64,000 bases of DNA from Auanema rhodensis (Eukaryota; Animalia; Nematoda). Below, in pieces: positions 55,601-64,000 of the stretch (position 1 is the stretch's first letter; every line of letters begins with the position of its first letter). The position numbers were made by a program, and so were the translations under genes. The DNA lies in assembly GCA_964057225.1 (NCBI GenBank), contig OZ059898.1:496001-560000 (forward strand), written 5' to 3'. The notes beneath the pieces are model-generated. The model worked only from the letters and a program-made list of their open reading frames with translations, did not search any database and was not told the origin of the DNA.

Positions 55601-58600
55601 AAGGAATCTAAAAACATCTACTTGTTGCTAAATTATTTTGAAATTTTTCGAAAAAATTTTTGTCAAAATGTTTTTGGAAGCAATGTTGAGTGTACATGGA
55701 AACTCAACATACACTAATGCATTATTTTTCAAACGATCATAACTAATTTTTGTATTAAGCGTTTCTCAATGTAGTATAGTGCATTCGATGCGGATTTTTA
55801 AGCTGCGTCGATCTGTGTTATCAGATTTGCGCTAGCTTAAAAATGCACCGAGATATCAACTGATATAAGTTCACACTTATATCCTCGATTTTCACCCTGA
55901 AGAATTAATTTTTTCGTTGAATAACATTGTCCATAGTCTTTGCCTTGAAAAAAGGAATCTAAAAACATCTACTTTTTGCTAAATTATTTTGAAATTTTTC
56001 GAAAAAATTTTTGTCAAAATGTTTTTGGAAGCAATGTTGAGTGTACATGGAAACTCAACATACACTAATGCATCATTTTTCAAACGATCATAACTAATTT
56101 TTGTATTAAGCGTTTCTCAATGTAGTATAGTGCATTCGATGCGGATTTTTAAGCTGCGTCGATCTGTGTTATCAGATTTGCGCTAGCTTAAAAATGCACC
56201 GAGATATCAACTGATATAAGTTCACACTTATATCCTCGATTTTCACCCTGAAGAATTAATTTTTTCGTTGAATAACATTGTCCATCGTCTTTGCCTTGAA
56301 AAAAGGAATCTAAAAACATCTACTTGTTGCTAAATTATTTTGAAATTTTTCGAAAAAATTTTTGTCAAAATGTTTTTGGAAGCAATGTTGAGTGTACATG
56401 GAAACTCAACATACACTAATGCATTATTTTTCAAACGATCATAACTAATTTTTGTATTAAGCGTTTCTCAATGTAGTATAGTGCATTCGATGCGGATTTT
56501 TAAGCTGCGTCGATCTGTGTTATCAGATTTGCGCTAGCTTAAAAATGCACCGAGATATCAACTGATATAAGTTCACACTTATATCCTCGATTTTCACCCT
56601 GAAGAATTAATTTTTTCGTTGAATAACATTGTCCATCGTCTTTGCCTTGAAAAAAGGAATCTAAAAACATCTACTTGTTGCTAAATTATTTTGAAATTTT
56701 TCGAAAAAATTTTTGTCAAAATGTTTTTGGAAGCAATGTTGAGTGTACATGGAAACTCAACATACACTAATGCATTATTTTTCAAACGATCATAACTAAT
56801 TTTTGTATTAAGCGTTTCTCAATGTAGTATAGTGCATTCGATGCGGATTTTTAAGCTGCGTCGATCTGTGTTATCAGATTTGCGCTAGCTTAAAAATGCA
56901 CCGAGATATCAACTGATATAAGTTCACACTTATATCCTCGATTTTCACCCTGAAGAATTAATTTTTTCGTTGAATAACATTGTCCATCGTCTTTGCCTTG
57001 AAAAAAGGAATCTAAAAACATCTACTTTTTGCTAAATTATTTTGAAATTTTTCGAAAAAATTTTTGTCAAAATGTTTTTGGAAGCAATGTTGAGTGTACA
57101 TGGAAACTCAACATACACTAATGCATCATTTTTCAAACGATCATAACTAATTTTTGTATTAAGCGTTTCTCAATGTAGTATAGTGCATTCGATGCGGATT
57201 TTTAAGCTGCGTCGATCTGTGTTATCAGATTTGCGCTAGCTTAAAAATGCACCGAGATATCAACTGATATAAGTTCACACTTATATCCTCGATTTTCACC
57301 CTGAAGAATTAATTTTTTCGTTGAATAACATTGTCCATCGTCTTTGCCTTGAAAAAAGGAATCTAAAAACATCTACTTTTTGCTAAATTATTTTGAAATT
57401 TTTCGAAAAAATTTTTGTCAAAATGTTTTTGGAAGCAATGTTGAGTGTACATGGAAACTCAACATACACTAATGCATCATTTTTCAAACGATCATAACTA
57501 ATTTTTGTATTAAGCGTTTCTCAATGTAGTATAGTGCATTCGATGCGGATTTTTAAGCTGCGTCGATCTGTGTTATCAGATTTGCGCTAGCTTAAAAATG
57601 CACCGAGATATCAACTGATATAAGTTCACACTTATATCCTCGATTTTCACCCTGAAGAATTAATTTTTTCGTTGAATAACATTGTCCATCGTCTTTGCCT
57701 TGAAAAAAGGAATCTAAAAACATCTACTTGTTGCTAAATTATTTTGAAATTTTTCGAAAAAATTTTTGTCAAAATGTTTTTGGAAGCAATGTTGAGTGTA
57801 CATGGAAACTCAACATACACTAATGCATTATTTTTCAAACGATCATAACTAATTTTTGTATTAAGCGTTTCTCAATGTAGTATAGTGCATTCGATGCGGA
57901 TTTTTAAGCTGCGTCGATCTGTGTTATCAGATTTGCGCTAGCTTAAAAATGCACCGAGATATCAACTGATATAAGTTCACACTTATATCCTCGATTTTCA
58001 CCCTGAAGAATTAATTTTTTCGTTGAATAACATTGTCCATCGTCTTTGCCTTGAAAAAAGGAATCTAAAAACATCTACTTGTTGCTAAATTATTTTGAAA
58101 TTTTTCGAAAAAATTTTTGTCAAAATGTTTTTGGAAGCAATGTTGAGTGTACATGGAAACTCAACATACACTAATGCATTATTTTTCAAACGATCATAAC
58201 TAATTTTTGTATTAAGCGTTTCTCAATGTAGTATAGTGCATTCGATGCGGATTTTTAAGCTGCGTCGATCTGTGTTATCAGATTTGCGCTAGCTTAAAAA
58301 TGCACCGAGATATCAACTGATATAAGTTCACACTTATATCCTCGATTTTCACCCTGAAGAATTAATTTTTTCGTTGAATAACATTGTCCATCGTCTTTGC
58401 CTTGAAAAAAGGAATCTAAAAACATCTACTTTTTGCTAAATTATTTTGAAATTTTTCGAAAAAATTTTTGTCAAAATGTTTTTGGAAGCAATGTTGAGTG
58501 TACATGGAAACTCAACATACACTAATGCATCATTTTTCAAACGATCATAACTAATTTTTGTATTAAGCGTTTCTCAATGTAGTATAGTGCATTCGATGCG

Positions 58601-61600
58601 GATTTTTAAGCTGCGTCGATCTGTGTTATCAGATTTGCGCTAGCTTAAAAATGCACCGAGATATCAACTGATATAAGTTCACACTTATATCCTCGATTTT
58701 TACCCTGAAGAATTAATTTTTTCGTTGAATAACATTGTCCATCGTCTTTGCCTTGAAAAAAGGAATCTAAAAACATCTACTTGTTGCTAAATTATTTTGA
58801 AATTTTTCGAAAAAATTTTTGTCAAAATGTTTTTGGAAGCAATGTTGAGTGTACATGGAAACTCAACATACACTAATGCATTATTTTTCAAACGATCATA
58901 ACTAATTTTTGTATTAAGCGTTTCTCAATGTAGTATAGTGCATTCGATGCGGATTTTTAAGCTGCGTCGATCTGTGTTATCAGATTTGCGCTAGCTTAAA
59001 AATGCACCGAGATATCAACTGATATAAGTTCACACTTATATCCTCGATTTTCACCCTGAAGAATTAATTTTTTCGTTGAATAACATTGTCCATCGTCTTT
59101 GCCTTGAAAAAAGGAATCTAAAAACATCTACTTGTTGCTAAATTATTTTGAAATTTTTCGAAAAAATTTTTGTCAAAATGTTTTTGGAAGCAATGTTGAG
59201 TGTACATGGAAACTCAACATACACTAATGCATTATTTTTCAAACGATCATAACTAATTTTTGTATTAAGCGTTTCTCAATGTAGTATAGTGCATTCGATG
59301 CGGATTTTTAAGCTGCGTCGATCTGTGTTATCAGATTTGCGCTAGCTTAAAAATGCACCGAGATATCAACTGATATAAGTTCACACTTATATCCTCGATT
59401 TTCACCCTGAAGAATTAATTTTTTCGTTGAATAACATTGTCCATAGTCTTTGCCTTGAAAAAAGGAATCTAAAAACATCTACTTTTTGCTAAATTATTTT
59501 GAAATTTTTCGAAAAAATTTTTGTCAAAATGTTTTTGGAAGCAATGTTGAGTGTACATGGAAACTCAACATACACTAATGCATCATTTTTCAAACGATCA
59601 TAACTAATTTTTGTATTAAGCGTTTCTCAATGTAGTATAGTGCATTCGATGCGGATTTTTAAGCTGCGTCGATCTGTGTTATCAGATTTGCGCTAGCTTA
59701 AAAATGCACCGAGATATCAACTGATATAAGTTCACACTTATATCCTCGATTTTCACCCTGAAGAATTAATTTTTTCGTTGAATAACATTGTCCATCGTCT
59801 TTGCCTTGAAAAAAGGAATCTAAAAACATCTACTTGTTGCTAAATTATTTTGAAATTTTTCGAAAAAATTTTTGTCAAAATGTTTTTGGAAGCAATGTTG
59901 AGTGTACATGGAAACTCAACATACACTAATGCATTATTTTTCAAACGATCATAACTAATTTTTGTATTAAGCGTTTCTCAATGTAGTATAGTGCATTCGA
60001 TGCGGATTTTTAAGCTGCGTCGATCTGTGTTATCAGATTTGCGCTAGCTTAAAAATGCACCGAGATATCAACTGATATAAGTTCACACTTATATCCTCGA
60101 TTTTCACCCTGAAGAATTAATTTTTTCGTTGAATAACATTGTCCATCGTCTTTGCCTTGAAAAAAGGAATCTAAAAACATCTACTTTTTGCTAAATTATT
60201 TTGAAATTTTTCGAAAAAATTTTTGTCAAAATGTTTTTGGAAGCAATGTTGAGTGTACATGGAAACTCAACATACACTAATGCATCATTTTTCAAACGAT
60301 CATAACTAATTTTTGTATTAAGCGTTTCTCAATGTAGTATAGTGCATTCGATGCGGATTTTTAAGCTGCGTCGATCTGTGTTATCAGATTTGCGCTAGCT
60401 TAAAAATGCACCGAGATATCAACTGATATAAGTTCACACTTATATCCTCGATTTTCACCCTGAAGAATTAATTTTTTCGTTGAATAACATTGTCCATCGT
60501 CTTTGCCTTGAAAAAAGGAATCTAAAAACATCTACTTTTTGCTAAATTATTTTGAAATTTTTCGAAAAAATTTTTGTCAAAATGTTTTTGGAAGCAATGT
60601 TGAGTGTACATGGAAACTCAACATACACTAATGCATCATTTTTCAAACGATCATAACTAATTTTTGTATTAAGCGTTTCTCAATGTAGTATAGTGCATTC
60701 GATGCGGATTTTTAAGCTGCGTCGATCTGTGTTATCAGATTTGCGCTAGCTTAAAAATGCACCGAGATATCAACTGATATAAGTTCACACTTATATCCTC
60801 GATTTTCACCCTGAAGAATTAATTTTTTCGTTGAATAACATTGTCCATCGTCTTTGCCTTGAAAAAAGGAATCTAAAAACATCTACTTGTTGCTAAATTA
60901 TTTTGAAATTTTTCGAAAAAATTTTTGTCAAAATGTTTTTGGAAGCAATGTTGAGTGTACATGGAAACTCAACATACACTAATGCATTATTTTTCAAACG
61001 ATCATAACTAATTTTTGTATTAAGCGTTTCTCAATGTAGTATAGTGCATTCGATGCGGATTTTTAAGCTGCGTCGATCTGTGTTATCAGATTTGCGCTAG
61101 CTTAAAAATGCACCGAGATATCAACTGATATAAGTTCACACTTATATCCTCGATTTTCACCCTGAAGAATTAATTTTTTCGTTGAATAACATTGTCCATC
61201 GTCTTTGCCTTGAAAAAAGGAATCTAAAAACATCTACTTTTTGCTAAATTATTTTGAAATTTTTCGAAAAAATTTTTGTCAAAATGTTTTTGGAAGCAAT
61301 GTTGAGTGTACATGGAAACTCAACATACACTAATGCATCATTTTTCAAACGATCATAACTAATTTTTGTATTAAGCGTTTCTCAATGTAGTATAGTGCAT
61401 TCGATGCGGATTTTTAAGCTGCGTCGATCTGTGTTATCAGATTTGCGCTAGCTTAAAAATGCACCGAGATATCAACTGATATAAGTTCACACTTATATCC
61501 TCGATTTTCACCCTGAAGAATTAATTTTTTCGTTGAATAACATTGTCCATCGTCTTTGCCTTGAAAAAAGGAATCTAAAAACATCTACTTTTTGCTAAAT

Positions 61601-64000
61601 TATTTTGAAATTTTTCGAAAAAATTTTTGTCAAAATGTTTTTGGAAGCAATGTTGAGTGTACATGGAAACTCAACATACACTAATGCATCATTTTTCAAA
61701 CGATCATAACTAATTTTTGTATTAAGCGTTTCTCAATTTAGTATAGTGCATTCGATGCGGATTTTTAAGCTGCGTCGATCTGTGTTATCAGATTTGCGCT
61801 AGCTTAAAAATGCACCGAGATATCAACTGATATAAGTTCACACTTATATCCTCGATTTTCACCCTGAAGAATTAATTTTTTCGTTGAATAACATTGTCCA
61901 TCGTCTTTGCCTTGAAAAAAGGAATCTAAAAACATCTACTTTTTGCTAAATTATTTTGAAATTTTTCGAAAAAATTTTTGTCAAAATGTTTTTGGAAGCA
62001 ATGTTGAGTGTACATGGAAACTCAACATACACTAATGCATCATTTTTCAAACGATCATAACTAATTTTTGTATTAAGCGTTTCTCAATGTAGTATAGTGC
62101 ATTCGATGCGGATTTTTAAGCTGCGTCGATCTGTGTTATCAGATTTGCGCTAGCTTAAAAATGCACCGAGATATCAACTGATATAAGTTCACACTTATAT
62201 CCTCGATTTTCACCCTGAAGAATTAATTTTTTCGTTGAATAACATTGTCCATCGTCTTTGCCTTGAAAAAAGGAATCTAAAAACATCTACTTTTTGCTAA
62301 ATTATTTTGAAATTTTTCGAAAAAATTTTTGTCAAAATGTTTTTGGAAGCAATGTTGAGTGTACATGGAAACTCAACATACACTAATGCATCATTTTTCA
62401 AACGATCATAACTAATTTTTGTATTAAGCGTTTCTCAATGTAGTATAGTGCATTCGATGCGGATTTTTAAGCTGCGTCGATCTGTGTTATCAGATTTGCG
62501 CTAGCTTAAAAATGCACCGAGATATCAACTGATATAAGTTCACACTTATATCCTCGATTTTCACCCTGAAGAATTAATTTTTTCGTTGAATAACATTGTC
62601 CATCGTCTTTGCCTTGAAAAAAGGAATCTAAAAACATCTACTTGTTGCTAAATTATTTTGAAATTTTTCGAAAAAATTTTTGTCAAAATGTTTTTGGAAG
62701 CAATGTTGAGTGTACATGGAAACTCAACATACACTAATGCATTATTTTTCAAACGATCATAACTAATTTTTGTATTAAGCGTTTCTCAATGTAGTATAGT
62801 GCATTCGATGCGGATTTTTAAGCTGCGTCGATCTGTGTTATCAGATTTGCGCTAGCTTAAAAATGCACCGAGATATCAACTGATATAAGTTCACACTTAT
62901 ATCCTCGATTTTCACCCTGAAGAATTAATTTTTTCGTTGAATAACATTGTCCATCGTCTTTGCCTTGAAAAAAGGAATCTAAAAACATCTACTTGTTGCT
63001 AAATTATTTTGAAATTTTTCGAAAAAATTTTTGTCAAAATGTTTTTGGAAGCAATGTTGAGTGTACATGGAAACTCAACATACACTAATGCATTATTTTT
63101 CAAACGATCATAACTAATTTTTGTATTAAGCGTTTCTCAATGTAGTATAGTGCATTCGATGCGGATTTTTAAGCTGCGTCGATCTGTGTTATCAGATTTG
63201 CGCTAGCTTAAAAATGCACCGAGATATCAACTGATATAAGTTCACACTTATATCCTCGATTTTCACCCTGAAGAATTAATTTTTTCGTTGAATAACATTG
63301 TCCATAGTCTTTGCCTTGAAAAAAGGAATCTAAAAACATCTACTTTTTGCTAAATTATTTTGAAATTTTTCGAAAAAATTTTTGTCAAAATGTTTTTGGA
63401 AGCAATGTTGAGTGTACATGGAAACTCAACATACACTAATGCATCATTTTTCAAACGATCATAACTAATTTTTGTATTAAGCGTTTCTCAATGTAGTATA
63501 GTGCATTCGATGCGGATTTTTAAGCTGCGTCGATCTGTGTTATCAGATTTGCGCTAGCTTAAAAATGCACCGAGATATCAACTGATATAAGTTCACACTT
63601 ATATCCTCGATTTTCACCCTGAAGAATTAATTTTTTCGTTGAATAACATTGTCCATCGTCTTTGCCTTGAAAAAAGGAATCTAAAAACATCTACTTGTTG
63701 CTAAATTATTTTGAAATTTTTCGAAAAAATTTTTGTCAAAATGTTTTTGGAAGCAATGTTGAGTGTACATGGAAACTCAACATACACTAATGCATTATTT
63801 TTCAAACGATCATAACTAATTTTTGTATTAAGCGTTTCTCAATGTAGTATAGTGCATTCGATGCGGATTTTTAAGCTGCGTCGATCTGTGTTATCAGATT
63901 TGCGCTAGCTTAAAAATGCACCGAGATATCAACTGATATAAGTTCACACTTATATCCTCGATTTTCACCCTGAAGAATTAATTTTTTCGTTGAATAACAT

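Larger units (their letters stand above)
1..64000. repeat. Satellite DNA array, 351-bp monomer, ~182.3 head-to-tail copies, extending beyond both window edges
   Basis: The motif ttatcagatttgcgct recurs at 1, 352, 703 ... 14392, then 14747 (+4 shift), 18612 (+8 shift) ... 63540, 63891. The register is otherwise exact, and every copy is near-identical and on the same strand. Confidence 0.99.

Noticed and set aside
1-64000. Monomer length is a multiple of 3 (117 codons), suggesting a giant repetitive CDS
   Set aside because: The ORF track shows nothing longer than 63 aa, so no ORF spans monomers, and the +4 insertions would shift any frame.
1-64000. CRISPR array or other repeat-spacer system
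   Set aside because: There are no unique spacers: the entire unit is repeated, and no cas or other genes are present.
1-64000. One global higher-order repeat
   Set aside because: Periods differ by region (2-3, 4, 5, 7, 9, 11 monomers) and each is repeated only about 2-3 times.
1-64000. Assignment to a named ~350-360-bp satellite (e.g. Drosophila 1.688/359-bp or tenebrionid satellites)
   Set aside because: Only size and AT content are similar; I cannot support sequence homology without a search.
1-64000. Pure sequencing or concatemer artefact (rolling-circle copies of one template)
   Set aside because: Variants are linked, recurrent and regionally structured, unlike random errors, although individual block duplications still need read support.

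Overview
The whole 64 kb window is one uninterrupted head-to-tail tandem array of a 351-bp AT-rich monomer (about 31% GC by manual count): 182 complete copies plus 110 bp of a 183rd, all in the same orientation. There are no genes, insertions, inversions or array boundaries. Most monomers differ from the consensus at 0-4 positions (roughly 99-100% identity). The only length changes I found are two +4 T homopolymer expansions (14483-14493 and 18348-18358). This is typical eukaryotic satellite DNA, plausibly (peri)centromeric. The absence of CpG depletion fits a host with little DNA methylation such as an insect, but that is inference and I do not recognise the family. Reading variants monomer by monomer (by eye, so some may be missed) shows spatially confined haplotype domains and recent local block duplications of 3, 4, 5, 7, 9 and 11 monomers, with no single global higher-order repeat. 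The monomer is rich in inverted repeats, and a few variants fall at mirror positions of these stems. The five 63-aa ORFs are incidental products of one local variant. I found no evidence of a novel gene-encoded system; the interest lies in satellite structure and evolution. Monomer position numbers below use window 1-351 as the register.
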